DNA of 64,000 nucleotides from a virus. Its lineage: Duplodnaviria; Caudoviricetes. The stretch's first letter is position 1. Every line of letters starts with the position of its first letter. Below, in pieces: positions 28,064 through 37,871 of the stretch. The stretch is from the IMG/VR virus record IMGVR_UViG_3300046171_000271, one strand, 5' to 3'. The position numbers were made by a program, and so were the translations under genes. The notes under the pieces were generated by a model. It was not told the origin of the DNA, searched no databases, and saw only the letters and a list, made by a program, of their open reading frames with translations.

Positions 28064-28128
28064 AATGTTATATGCTCTGTGCTCCCTACCATCGTAAACT
28101 TCACGCTGGTTTTTGGAAATAATTTAAT

Positions 28129-28211
28129 GGAGAGAGTCCGGTTGGCCGAGGACACCGCCTTGAAAGCGGCTGAGGGTAACACCTTCGCAGGTTCGATTCC
28201 TGTTCTCTCCG
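28129..28211 (+). tRNA. tRNA-Ser(UGA)
   Basis: GGAGAGA/TCTCTCC, loop CTTGAAA, long variable arm. Confidence 0.92.
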
Positions 28212-28213
28212 CT

Positions 28214-28287
28214 CGGGATGTAGCTCAGTTTGGTAGAGCACTCGCTTTGGGAGCGAGTGGCCGTAGGTTCAAATCCTATCATCCCGA
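28214..28287 (+). tRNA. tRNA-Pro(UGG)
   Basis: CGGGATG/CATCCCG, arm CTCGC-TTTGGGA-GCGAG. Confidence 0.95.
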
Positions 28288-28572
28288 TTGTGTTTGTATC
28301 AAGATGTTACACTCTTTAGAGAATATTTTGTTTCTATATACAATTATACCTGCATAAAAATATTGATTGTTTTTTATCTTCTTATCTTAACACTTATTGC
28401 GTTAATCATAATAGGTGGTTATGATGCAACTATGCGACTTATTGCATATATTGATCTTAAAGTCAGGTACTCTTTGATAAAAATAAGATCATATTTTTTG
28501 ATGAGAAAACTCAGATCTCAACTTACAAGAGATAGAAAACAATTACTCAAGGAGTTTAAGAAGAATGTCTGA
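28288..28572 (+). CDS. Hypothetical membrane protein
   Basis: Hydrophobic N-terminal half; start uncertain. Confidence 0.45.
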   Translation: MCLYQDVTLFREYFVSIYNYTCIKILIVFYLLILTLIALIIIGGYDATMRLIAYIDLKVRYSLIKIRSYFLMRKLRSQLTRDRKQLLKEFKKNV

Positions 28573-28813
28573 TGAGCAAACATCTTTGTCGTCTGATACT
28601 AAAACTTGCCCTAATTGTGGTGCCACATGGATAGGTGGACAACATTACTGGAGCGGAACTGGAAAATTAGGAAACGAGTTAGATCTTGCTGGTTTAGTAT
28701 GTAATAACCTTGGCGATGAAACCTGCATAAACCCTTGCGTAGGTATGGAAGGTGGAGTAACATGGGAGAAGAGGATGTCCCAGTTAGACAAAGATGAGTC
28801 ACAGAATGGATGA
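28565..28813 (+). CDS. Hypothetical Cys-containing protein
   Basis: CPNCGATW...LAGLVCN...CINP. Confidence 0.7.
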   Translation: MSDEQTSLSSDTKTCPNCGATWIGGQHYWSGTGKLGNELDLAGLVCNNLGDETCINPCVGMEGGVTWEKRMSQLDKDESQNG

Positions 28814-28988
28814 GATTAAACCAGAGCACTATGTTACAGAAAAACAGTGCCAAGAAATGATCGACAAAGCAATTGACAAACACAATAAAACTGCTACACT
28901 AATAAGTGCAATCCTAGGTTCTATAGTCCTAGGATTCTATTCTCACGGACTTTTTGCCCTGGTAAATAAATGGAAATCTTTTCTTTAA
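28806..28988 (+). CDS. Small membrane protein
   Basis: MDEIKP...CQEMIDKAIDKHN followed by a transmembrane segment; start approximate. Confidence 0.6.
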   Translation: MDEIKPEHYVTEKQCQEMIDKAIDKHNKTATLISAILGSIVLGFYSHGLFALVNKWKSFL

Positions 28989-29140
28989 AGGAATGGGAAG
29001 ATAATTTTGACGAACTCTTTGCAAGAGTTGAGAATGGAGAGAGACTTGGTATTGTTAGAGAAGACGGTAAAGCAGCTGTCTTTATGCCAGTTGACGATGA
29101 ACTAATGAAATTGTATACTGATCATGAAGAGGGATCTTGA
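28970..29140 (+). CDS. Phd/YefM antitoxin-like small protein (not in ORF track)
   Basis: MEIFSLKEWEDNFDELFARVENGERLGIVREDGKAAVFMP fits the Phd/YefM N-terminal pattern. Confidence 0.6.
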   Translation: MEIFSLKEWEDNFDELFARVENGERLGIVREDGKAAVFMPVDDELMKLYTDHEEGS

Positions 29141-29215
29141 GGGACTGTCGCCTATCGGTTAAGGCCCACTGCTTATAACGGTGTGAACTGGGTTCAACTC
29201 CCAGCAGTCCTACCA
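29141..29215 (+). tRNA. tRNA-Ile(UAU) with encoded CCA
   Basis: GGGACTG/CAGTCCT-A-CCA, anticodon arm CACTG-CTTATAA-CGGTG. Confidence 0.88.
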
Positions 29216-29288
29216 AGGGGTTTAGCAATCTGGTGAATGCAGCAAACTCATAATTTGCCTAAGGCGAGTTCGATCCTCGCAACCCCTA
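29216..29288 (+). tRNA. tRNA with CAU anticodon (elongator Met or Ile2)
   Basis: AGGGGTT/AACCCCT, arm GCAAA-CTCATAA-TTTGC. Lacks initiator features (no C1-A72, no 3 G-C pairs). Confidence 0.85.
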
Positions 29289-29317
29289 TTGACAACCATA
29301 CATATTTCAGTTATACT
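29289..29317 (+). promoter_or_regulatory. Sigma70-type promoter
   Basis: TTGACA-N17-TATACT immediately after the last tRNA. Confidence 0.75.
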
Positions 29318-29336
29318 TGACTCGTCAACATACAAG

Positions 29337-29555
29337 ACAATGACACTGACTACAAAATTCAAGAAGGACGTTCAGACTCTCCGAAGTGCAGCAAACGGAG
29401 AAATCTTTCTCGATGTAAAGAATCCAAAGCTTCTCAAGAAAGTTCGTAAGTATTATGAGAATAACGGAGTAGTATTTTCTGGAGATCCGATGGATGACTA
29501 TGATATTCTGATGGAATACTTGTATAATGATCTTGAAACAGTTGAAGTACAATGA
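29337..29555 (+). CDS. Conserved cyanophage hypothetical protein
   Basis: MTLTTKFKKDVQTLRSAANGE...; start approximate. Confidence 0.7.
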   Translation, partial: TMTLTTKFKKDVQTLRSAANGEIFLDVKNPKLLKKVRKYYENNGVVFSGDPMDDYDILMEYLYNDLETVEVQ

Positions 29556-29785
29556 AAGTAATTTTTGAACGCTTTCCCTATCGATACGTTGAATCTGGTA
29601 TGCTAGAAAATGGTATGCCAGACTATCGTATTCAAAAAGCAAATGAATATACCAAGAGATACAGTGACATGTATTTGCTTGATAATCAAATGCAATTGAT
29701 TACTGCTATGGATGATTTTGAATACACCAAATGGTTAGATCCAGAAGGTGTTCCTTGTTATATTAAAGATTGTGTCTCTAAATAG
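29552..29785 (+). CDS. Conserved cyanophage hypothetical protein
   Basis: MKVIFERFPYRYVE...KWLDPEGVPCY. Confidence 0.75.
   Translation: MKVIFERFPYRYVESGMLENGMPDYRIQKANEYTKRYSDMYLLDNQMQLITAMDDFEYTKWLDPEGVPCYIKDCVSK
29778..29784 (+). promoter_or_regulatory. Late-promoter variant at the head of the glycosylation island
   Basis: CTAAATA 18 nt upstream of the ATG at 29803. Confidence 0.5.
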
Positions 29786-29802
29786 TCCCATATAACCTTA
29801 TT

Positions 29803-30894
29803 ATGTCAGAATTTAATAAGACTGCACTAGTGCTTGGTGCAGGTGGCTTTATCGGAAGCCATATGGTTAAAAGACTCCGAGAGGAGGGTTACTGGGTACG
29901 TGGGGTTGATCTTAAACAACCCGAATTTTCATCAACTCAAGCACATGAATTTGTGCAGGGTGATCTGCGCGACGTTGAATTTGTTCGCCGTGTCATTCAG
30001 TTCAAAGGGTATGCAGGCAACTTCTTTGCCAGTGTTCCTTACCAATACATTCGTCCCTTTGATGAGATCTATCAGTTCGCTGCTGACATGGGTGGTGCAG
30101 GTTTCGTTTTCACTGGAGAAAACGATGCAGATATCATGCACAACTCTGTCACTATCAACCTAAATGTTCTTGAGGAAGTTCGTAAGCTTAACGAGACTTT
30201 TAACTGTGATGTAAAAGAGTGGACAGAAGCAAATCGTCCCAAGTTGGAACAACCTACTAAGATCTTCTACTCTGGATCTGCTTGCATGTATCCAGAACAT
30301 AACCAACTAGATCCTGATAACCCAGATTGCCGTGAAGAATCCGCATACCCCGCCAACCCAGACTCAGAATATGGATGGGAAAAACTATTTTCTGAACGAC
30401 TTTACTTTGCTTATCATCGTAATTACGATATCCCTGTTCGGGTTGCTCGATATCATAATATCTTCGGGCCTGAAGGAACCTGGGAAGGTGGAAGAGAGAA
30501 AGCACCAGCTGCAATCTGCCGTAAAGTCGCAGAGCTCGCGCCAATGGGTGGAACCATCGAGGTGTGGGGAGATGGCTTACAGACTCGTTCCTTCTTGTTC
30601 ATTGACGAATGCATTGAAGCAACTAGAAGGTTGATGGATAGTGACTTTATTGGCCCTGTCAATATTGGTTCTGAAGAGATGGTAACCATCAATGAACTTG
30701 TAGAGACTGCTGCTAGAGTCGCTGGAAAGTCTGTCAAGAAGCGTCATAAGCTTGATGCACCTCTTGGTGTTCGGGGAAGAAATTCTAATAATGATCTTAT
30801 TCGAGAAAAACTTGGTTGGGATTATTCTCAAACACTTGAAGAAGGAATCAGAAAGACGTATAATTGGATTGCTGAGAAGGTTTCTAATCGATGA
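29803..30894 (+). CDS. NAD-dependent epimerase (GDP-mannose 3',5'-epimerase-like)
   Basis: GAGGFIG, QFAADMGGAGF, YGWEK (YxxxK), KAPAAICRK. Confidence 0.9.
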   Translation: MSEFNKTALVLGAGGFIGSHMVKRLREEGYWVRGVDLKQPEFSSTQAHEFVQGDLRDVEFVRRVIQFKGYAGNFFASVPYQYIRPFDEIYQFAADMGGAGFVFTGENDADIMHNSVTINLNVLEEVRKLNETFNCDVKEWTEANRPKLEQPTKIFYSGSACMYPEHNQLDPDNPDCREESAYPANPDSEYGWEKLFSERLYFAYHRNYDIPVRVARYHNIFGPEGTWEGGREKAPAAICRKVAELAPMGGTIEVWGDGLQTRSFLFIDECIEATRRLMDSDFIGPVNIGSEEMVTINELVETAARVAGKSVKKRHKLDAPLGVRGRNSNNDLIREKLGWDYSQTLEEGIRKTYNWIAEKVSNR

Positions 30895-31748
30895 TTATTA
30901 CTATATTGGGATCGAGTGGACAGATTGGTGCTTATCTTACTGAGCACTTTCTCTCCAAAGGACATGAAGTTATTGAGATTGACAAAGAGTTAAACCCTCA
31001 GCATAACTTGACTATCATTCCGAATGATTTTGTAGAGAACCAAATCAAACGCTCTGACTTTGTATTTGTTTTGGCATTTGATGTTGGTGGTTCTAGATAT
31101 CTTAAAAAGTACCAGCATACTTTTGACTTTGTTAATAACAATGCTCGTATGATGGCAAATATTTTTACGATGCTTGAGAAATATAAAAAGCGTTTTGTTT
31201 TTGCATCATCTCAGATGAGTAATATGGGTTACTCACCTTATGGAGTATTGAAGCGTGTTGGCGAATTATATACATCCACTTTAAAAGGACTTACCGTAAA
31301 GTTCTGGAATGTATATGGTATCGAAAATGATATGGAAAAAGCACATGTCATTACTGATTTTATTCGCAAAGGATTTGAAGAGACTGAATTTGAGATGCTC
31401 ACTGATGGAACTGAAGAACGTCAGTTTCTCTATGCTGAAGACTGCTGTGAAGCGTTAGAAGCGGTTATGGAGAACTACACAGACTTTAAACCAGAAGATC
31501 CTCTTCATATCACATCATTTCACTCCAATACTATTAGAGAAGTAGCTAATATTATTCAAGGATGTTTCTCAATGGAGGGGATGCATGATGTAAGGATTAT
31601 TTCTGGACTTGCTAAAGATAGTGTTCAGATGGACAAAAGGAATGAAGCAAATACTTATATCCTTGATTGGTGGGTTCCTAAAACTACTATTGATGTGGGT
31701 ATAAAAAAAGTATTTAATGAAATGAAAAAGAATTATGGATATCAATGA
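30891..31748 (+). CDS. NAD-dependent epimerase/dehydratase (extended SDR)
   Basis: GSSGQIG, YGVLK, WNVYG. Confidence 0.85.
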   Translation: MIITILGSSGQIGAYLTEHFLSKGHEVIEIDKELNPQHNLTIIPNDFVENQIKRSDFVFVLAFDVGGSRYLKKYQHTFDFVNNNARMMANIFTMLEKYKKRFVFASSQMSNMGYSPYGVLKRVGELYTSTLKGLTVKFWNVYGIENDMEKAHVITDFIRKGFEETEFEMLTDGTEERQFLYAEDCCEALEAVMENYTDFKPEDPLHITSFHSNTIREVANIIQGCFSMEGMHDVRIISGLAKDSVQMDKRNEANTYILDWWVPKTTIDVGIKKVFNEMKKNYGYQ

Positions 31749-32572
31749 CATTTGAAGTATCTCATTGGAGTGGTAGATTAGGTAATAACATACAGCAAGT
31801 TGCTAATTGCATCATGGCTGCTGAAAAGTATAAGTCTACTTTTATACAAAGATTAGAGCATAGCATTATCTCTAACTATAAAGTTGATTTTAATACCATG
31901 ACAGATGTCTCTCAATGGAATGGCAGGGGACGTTATTATTCATGGGAACCTCTTATCCATTGTGAGAAAGGTATTCATGAGGGTGGTAATGAAATTGGTG
32001 TAGAGAGAGATTATATCTATGAAAATATGCGTCGTATTTGTAAATCATATGTTGCTCCTTTTTTAAAGATTCCTAGAAAAGGAACTATTGGAGATGATAC
32101 GATCGTCATGCATTTGAGAAGCGGTGATAATTATCATAGAATTTTCGATCCACCAACTAACTATGTTCCTAATCCCCTTATCTTCTATCTTAATTTGATT
32201 GATAGTTTTGATAAGTGTATTCTTATCACTGAACCTGATGACAAGAATCCTATTGTCCATGAATTAAAGATGATTGATAAAGTTCAAATTCAATCATCTA
32301 CGGTTGAAGAAGACTTTGCAACTTTGATGAGTGCAAAAAATGTTGCACTTTCTGGTGTAGGAACATTTGCTATGGCAGCTGCGTTGTGTTCTAGTAATAT
32401 ATCTAATTTGTTTACCACAGATTTGCTATTGACTGAACACCTAAATTATACTATGCTATTCAACACAGATGTTGAAGTTCATGTGATGGAATTGGATAAT
32501 TATATTCCAGTCATTCCTTGCAGTTGGGCTAACACTGAAGAGCAGAGACAGTTTATTTTAGATTATAGATGA
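31745..32572 (+). CDS. GT11-like (alpha-1,2-fucosyltransferase-like) protein
   Basis: GRLGNNIQQ, MHLRSGD, DFATLM, GTFA motifs. Confidence 0.7.
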   Translation: MTFEVSHWSGRLGNNIQQVANCIMAAEKYKSTFIQRLEHSIISNYKVDFNTMTDVSQWNGRGRYYSWEPLIHCEKGIHEGGNEIGVERDYIYENMRRICKSYVAPFLKIPRKGTIGDDTIVMHLRSGDNYHRIFDPPTNYVPNPLIFYLNLIDSFDKCILITEPDDKNPIVHELKMIDKVQIQSSTVEEDFATLMSAKNVALSGVGTFAMAAALCSSNISNLFTTDLLLTEHLNYTMLFNTDVEVHVMELDNYIPVIPCSWANTEEQRQFILDYR

Positions 32573-33558
32573 AAATCTTCGTAACCGGTTGTGCTGGTTT
32601 GCTTGGTTCAAATTATTCACGTCATCTTCTTGAAGCGGGACATGAAGTAATAGGTATTGATGATCTCTCTGGAGGGTACAAAGCGTTTGTACCTAAAGGG
32701 GAGAAATTTACATTTGTGAAATTAAACCTAGAAAAGAGGAAGAAAGTTGTTGAACTTTTTAAAGAACATCAACCTGATGTTCTCATTCATTTCGCGGCGT
32801 ATGCGGCTGAAGGACTTTCTCCTTTTATTCGTAATTACAATTATCGTAATAATCTTATCGTTTCCGCTAATCTAATTAACGAGTGTATTACTTATGAAAC
32901 GAAAGTTATATTTACCTCTAGTATGGCAGTCTATGGAGATCAATCTCCACCATTTACCGAAGAAAAGCGTCCACAACCTATTGATCCATATGGTATTGCA
33001 AAATACGCAGTAGAATGTGATTTGAAATTAGCACATGAGCAATTTGGATTACGATATAATATTGTTCGTCCTCATAATGTTCTCGGGGTTTATCAAAATA
33101 TCTGGGATCGATATCGTAATGTGATTGGTATCTTTATTCGTAAGGCATTGAATGGACAACCTATTCTTGTTTATGGAGATGGAGAACAAACAAGAGCATT
33201 CTCTGATATCAAATACTATATGGAACCGTTTGATAAACTCTTGACTGATCATGATGGCGAGATATTCAATATTGGTGCCGATAAACATTTCACATTAAAT
33301 GAAGTTGCAATAACGGTTCAAACAATCGCTGCAAAATATGGTTACCATGTCAACATTGAGCATGGTGAGCCACGGCATGAAGTAAAACATGCTTATTGCG
33401 ATCATACCAAAGCAAAAACAATACTTAACTTCCAGGACAATACAAATCTTAATGAACTCATTGAGAGTATGTTTGTCTGGGCAATGAAACAACCTAATAG
33501 GAAGGTGAAGGATATGGAATATGAAGTGACAAAAGAGATCTATGATTATTGGAAATAA
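32569..33558 (+). CDS. UDP-glucose 4-epimerase-like SDR
   Basis: GCAGLLG, TSSMAVYG, YGIAK, RPHNVLG. Confidence 0.88.
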   Translation: MKIFVTGCAGLLGSNYSRHLLEAGHEVIGIDDLSGGYKAFVPKGEKFTFVKLNLEKRKKVVELFKEHQPDVLIHFAAYAAEGLSPFIRNYNYRNNLIVSANLINECITYETKVIFTSSMAVYGDQSPPFTEEKRPQPIDPYGIAKYAVECDLKLAHEQFGLRYNIVRPHNVLGVYQNIWDRYRNVIGIFIRKALNGQPILVYGDGEQTRAFSDIKYYMEPFDKLLTDHDGEIFNIGADKHFTLNEVAITVQTIAAKYGYHVNIEHGEPRHEVKHAYCDHTKAKTILNFQDNTNLNELIESMFVWAMKQPNRKVKDMEYEVTKEIYDYWK

Positions 33559-33561
33559 ATC

Positions 33562-34209
33562 ATGCTTTTAAATTACAATCAACTTAGTTCACAATTTAAA
33601 TTTCGCCAGAATGTAACCGGTATCATCCATATTGGAGGACATACTGGTGAAGAATTTGATGATTATTGTAGGGGCGGAGTAGAAAATCTAATCGCTTTTG
33701 AACCACAAAAGTGGTGTTATGATAAGATGGTTCAAGAGGCTCATAGATGGGACTTTCCAAAAGAAAATATGTTTAATCTTGCTCTGGGAGATGAACCTGG
33801 AGAAGTTGAAATGTATTGTAATCCAGATGGAGCATCTAGTTCTTTATTGAAACCAAAACTTCATCTGGAAGTTTCTCCTGATGTTATATTTAATACAAGA
33901 GAGAAAGTTCAAGTAGTTCGACTTGATGATTTTATTGAGGAATATTGTCCGGAGCATCCTTTTAATTTCATCAATATGGATGTTCAAGGATATGAGATGA
34001 AGGTTCTCAAAGGAGCAATTAAAACTCTTGAATTGATCAAGTATGTCTACTGCGAGATAAACACTGTAGAGATGTATGAGGGTTGTCCACTTGTCTAAGA
34101 ACTGGATGAGTTCTTAGGACAATACAACCTCACGAAGGAATATGCTACTGGATTACATGGATCTGGTACATGGGGAGATGGTTTTTACATTCACGAGGAT
34201 TTAATCTGA
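33562..34209 (+). CDS. FkbM-family methyltransferase interrupted by an in-frame TAA (34096-34098)
   Basis: IHIGGHTG, MDVQGYEMKVLKG and YCEIN motifs. The frame continues after TAA: ELDEFLGQY...TWGDGFY...LI*. Confidence 0.8.
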
Positions 34210-35067
34210 TGCGAGTATTTGATTCTTTTATTTTCTTTAACGAACTTGAGTTACTTGAGATGCGTCTTAACATTTTGGGTGATGTTGTAGATAAGTTTGT
34301 TCTTACTGAATCTCCTTATACAGTTAGTGGTAATGAGAAACCACTTTACTATGAGGAGAATAAAGATAAATTTGCTAAAGTGGCATGATAAGATCGTTCA
34401 CAATATCACAGAAGAGATTCCAAATGATTTCTCTCATATGATGGAGAAGAGTAAGTTTCATATTGGATATGCAGAACGCGATCCATATGGACAGCGTTTC
34501 ATTGATCTGCCTATTCGTTTTCAACGTGCCGTTTACAATCGGAATGCTAGTTGTTTTGGTATTGAAAAGGCAGGTGTAGAGGATGATGATATTGTGATGA
34601 CAAGTGATGCTGATGAAATTATCAACCCATATGTTTTAGAAGATCTCTCTTGGTTTGATCCTGATAATCATTATGTTGCAGTTGGTAATGCATATTACTA
34701 TAAACTGAACTTCCTCTATCAGGACGATTGGATGGGTACACGTTTATGTACCTGGAAGCATCTTAAGAGCACCACAATCGATCAGCACCGTCAAGATCAT
34801 GAGAATGCACACAAGATTCAGGAAGCATCTTGGCATTTTAGTTTCTTAGGTAATGCAGAAAACTTTAAATTAAAACTTGCTTCCTATGAACATACTGAAA
34901 ACTTTACTGCTGCTAATATTTCTAATGCAGAGGAGAAAGTTGAAAAAGGACTTGATCCCCTTAATCGTGGTATGACATATAGAGCAGTACCTATTGATGA
35001 AAGTTATCCGGAATATGTTCGGAATAATCAAGAGAAGTATGCAGAATTTATTAAATCATGGAATTAA
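34209..35067 (+). CDS. GT17-like glycosyltransferase (beta-1,4-GlcNAc transferase family), +1 frameshift near 34380
   Basis: FDSFIFFNELELLEMRL...FVLTES joins WHDKIVH...SDADEI...WHFSF. Confidence 0.8.
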
Positions 35068-35981
35068 TTGAAGGTGTAGCACTATCAAAACTTTGTGATT
35101 ACTCGTTTGGCGATCAATCGGGACAATGGAGTGGCATATATACACATTTCATGAAGGAAGCTAATCTGATGAATTTTGAATTTGTTAGTAAAGTTTTTGA
35201 GATTGAGAGAAGTAGAAATTATATGACTCTGTTCATTGATAACATTCGTTTATATCATAGAAAGATTGCAGAGGTTAAAGATGAAGATTGGCCTGCTGTC
35301 AGAGCAATGATGCAAAAGAGTAATCTTCTTAATCTCTGTAGAAACTTCAAGGACATGAAGTTTATTATCTTCACCAATCTTGAAGATACTCCGATCGATG
35401 ATTACATTTATGAGTTCATTCCTGATAATGTAGTTCGCATTGTTGCTGTTAATGCCGTCACCTTTGGTGGGAAAGTGATCCCTGCACCATATGGTGTGCA
35501 GAGACGTATGAATCCAAATGATGATAGAATTGAAATTCTTAAACACTACATGAGTGAGAGAGATCCTAGATCATATAGACTTTTATATGTTGGTATAAAT
35601 GAAAACTCTCATCAAGAGCGTAAAGGTTTAACTAGCAAGTTTACTGATGAACTTTGGGCAACGGTGGAAACAGGAAGAGTTGATTTTGAAACTTACTTAA
35701 ACAATATGAGGAAATGTAAGTTTGTTCTATGTCCTAGAGGTAATGCAATTGATTGTCATAGGAACTGGGAGACAATTTACATGCGACGTGTTCCTGTAAT
35801 GAAACGTACTCCTCTATTAGAAGAATTGTATAAAGACTATAAGGTTCTCTTTGTTGACGATTACTCTGAGGTAACAGAACAGCTACTCCTGGATAATAAT
35901 CAGTTATTCCTTGATGCACAGACACAAGATTTATCCAAACTCGATCTTAATAACTTTTTTGAAACATGGAAAAAACCTTAG
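35058..35981 (+). CDS. Exostosin/GT47-like glycosyltransferase
   Basis: KFVLCPRGNAIDCHRNWETIY...VPVM. Confidence 0.75.
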   Translation: MELIEGVALSKLCDYSFGDQSGQWSGIYTHFMKEANLMNFEFVSKVFEIERSRNYMTLFIDNIRLYHRKIAEVKDEDWPAVRAMMQKSNLLNLCRNFKDMKFIIFTNLEDTPIDDYIYEFIPDNVVRIVAVNAVTFGGKVIPAPYGVQRRMNPNDDRIEILKHYMSERDPRSYRLLYVGINENSHQERKGLTSKFTDELWATVETGRVDFETYLNNMRKCKFVLCPRGNAIDCHRNWETIYMRRVPVMKRTPLLEELYKDYKVLFVDDYSEVTEQLLLDNNQLFLDAQTQDLSKLDLNNFFETWKKP

Positions 35982-36689
35982 TAATATCCAATTATAACTG
36001 GGATTTGGAATGGTTGAAGATAACCTATGATTATGGATTTTCTCCTAAAAATACGGTAATTTACGATAAAAGTAGTGCTGATAAAGACTTATCGCATCTT
36101 GGTGAGGTTATTAAGTCTCCTAATGTTGGAGCTAATCAATTTGATATTCTTAGATATATTATTGAAAACTATGAAGATCTCCCAGATATGATTATGTTCT
36201 TTAAGGGGAATCTTTTTTCGAGAAGGTAAAAATTATTACACAACAGAAGAAAGATTCATACAAACCTTAAACTCTACAGAATTCTTTAGTGCTTGGGTTG
36301 ATAAAAATGTATTAGTTGGAGATCTAAGACATACTGATTACACGCCTATTGAAACACTCAATAACGGTAGATTAATACAACCCGTTGCTTGGTGTGATTA
36401 TTCATATAATAATGATCTAGAAAACAGATATTTTTCTAATCATCATGAAGTTCTTGATTGGTGTTTTATTAATCCACCCAAAACCAGAACTATTGAATTT
36501 ATACCTGCTTCAAATTTTGCAGTACCCAAAGAGTTAATATTAAAGTATTCTAAAAATTTATACGATAAACTGGCAAGTGCTTTATATTATGAACCGGATT
36601 CTAAATATGATCCAACTTGTGCAGAAGCTCATATTATTGAGAGAATGTTTTATTTAATTTGGAATCAAGATTTGACGGAAAGAGATTAA
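35966..36689 (+). CDS. DUF3431-like protein, +1 frameshift near 36220
   Basis: LVISNYNWDLEWL, IYDK, PNVG and YEDLPD motifs continue in another frame to FIPASNFAVPKELI...HIIER...W*. Confidence 0.7.
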
Positions 36690-36698
36690 CTAGCAATC

Positions 36699-36706
36699 AA
36701 TAAATA
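36699..36706 (+). promoter_or_regulatory. Late promoter inside the island
   Basis: AATAAATA upstream of the radical SAM gene. Confidence 0.5.
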
Positions 36707-36737
36707 ACTCAGCAAAAAACATTATGGACACCTTTAA

Positions 36738-37871
36738 ATGACTACCGTACCTTATAAGGGTTCTCCAATCTTTAATGAAGATGGAACTTATAGAAAAGAA
36801 GATGATAAAGTTCAAGGAAGAAGTTACAGTAGTAATCTTTCTAAACTTGTAAAGCATATGGATAAATTGCAGGATCTTCAGCAAGGAAAACCTGCATCGC
36901 CAATTATGGCACATATTTCTCTTACTAATGCTTGCAATCTGACTTGTTCTTTTTGCTGTTTTGCAAACAGAGACATCTCAGAAAAGATGCCTACTGAAAA
37001 AGTATTTCAGGCACTTGAAAGTTTTAAAGCGATTGGAGTAACGGGGGTAGAATTTACTGGTGGTGGGGAACCAAGTATTCATCCACACTTTAAAGAAATT
37101 GTTCAATATGCTAAAGATTTGGGATTCAGTCTAGGAATCTGTACAAATGGAGCACGTTTTGGTGCTGATAGGCCCATCAAAAAAGATATTGTAGAATTAT
37201 TTGATTGGGTTCGTTTAGGAATGTATGGATTTTATGAAGGATATGATTATGACTTAAGTGTTTTTGAAGGAACTAATTGCAAACCTTCTGCTGCATACGT
37301 CTGGGATGAAAACTTGGAGACTTCTAAGAATCCAAATATTACGGGAGAGTGGAGTGATGTAAAAAATAAGCGTGTTCTTTCTAAAAAGTTTCAGACTACT
37401 GAAAATTTTATCCGTATGTTAGATTGGGTTGAAGAAAAAGAAATTCCCTGTCGTATTGCATTTAATGCAATTAAAGATGTGAAAGAAACAGAAAAAGATA
37501 TTGAAACAATCCGTGGAATTATCAACGCATACGAAGAAGATCGTGGTAGAAAACTAAAGTCTGCGTTCTTGTCTGACTTTAACTTCAAAGGAGAACGTAG
37601 AAACGATCATTGCTATATGCACATGGTAAAACCATTTTTGTTTACAGATGGGTATGTTTATGCGTGTCCATCTGCAGAGTTGTCTATTGAAAACAACTAT
37701 AACTATGTTCCTGAATCACAATTTGCTGTGTGTGACATTGATGGTATTGAAGATTTTTATAATCAAGGGCCAACTTTGAGACATCATGCTTGTCATTATT
37801 GCAAGTATGCCATGCAAAATGAACTAATTGACGATATACTTACTGATACTATACATAATGATTTCGCTTGA
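36738..37871 (+). CDS. Radical SAM protein with SPASM/Twitch-like C-terminus
   Basis: CNLTCSFC (CX3CX2C), TGGGEP, CTNG; C-terminal CY...DGYVYAC...CHYC. Confidence 0.9.
   Translation: MTTVPYKGSPIFNEDGTYRKEDDKVQGRSYSSNLSKLVKHMDKLQDLQQGKPASPIMAHISLTNACNLTCSFCCFANRDISEKMPTEKVFQALESFKAIGVTGVEFTGGGEPSIHPHFKEIVQYAKDLGFSLGICTNGARFGADRPIKKDIVELFDWVRLGMYGFYEGYDYDLSVFEGTNCKPSAAYVWDENLETSKNPNITGEWSDVKNKRVLSKKFQTTENFIRMLDWVEEKEIPCRIAFNAIKDVKETEKDIETIRGIINAYEEDRGRKLKSAFLSDFNFKGERRNDHCYMHMVKPFLFTDGYVYACPSAELSIENNYNYVPESQFAVCDIDGIEDFYNQGPTLRHHACHYCKYAMQNELIDDILTDTIHNDFA

Noticed and set aside
27294-29288. Suppressor tRNA or stop-codon reassignment
   Set aside because: All eight anticodons are sense, and genes end normally at TAA/TAG/TGA; one in-frame TAA is not enough to infer recoding.
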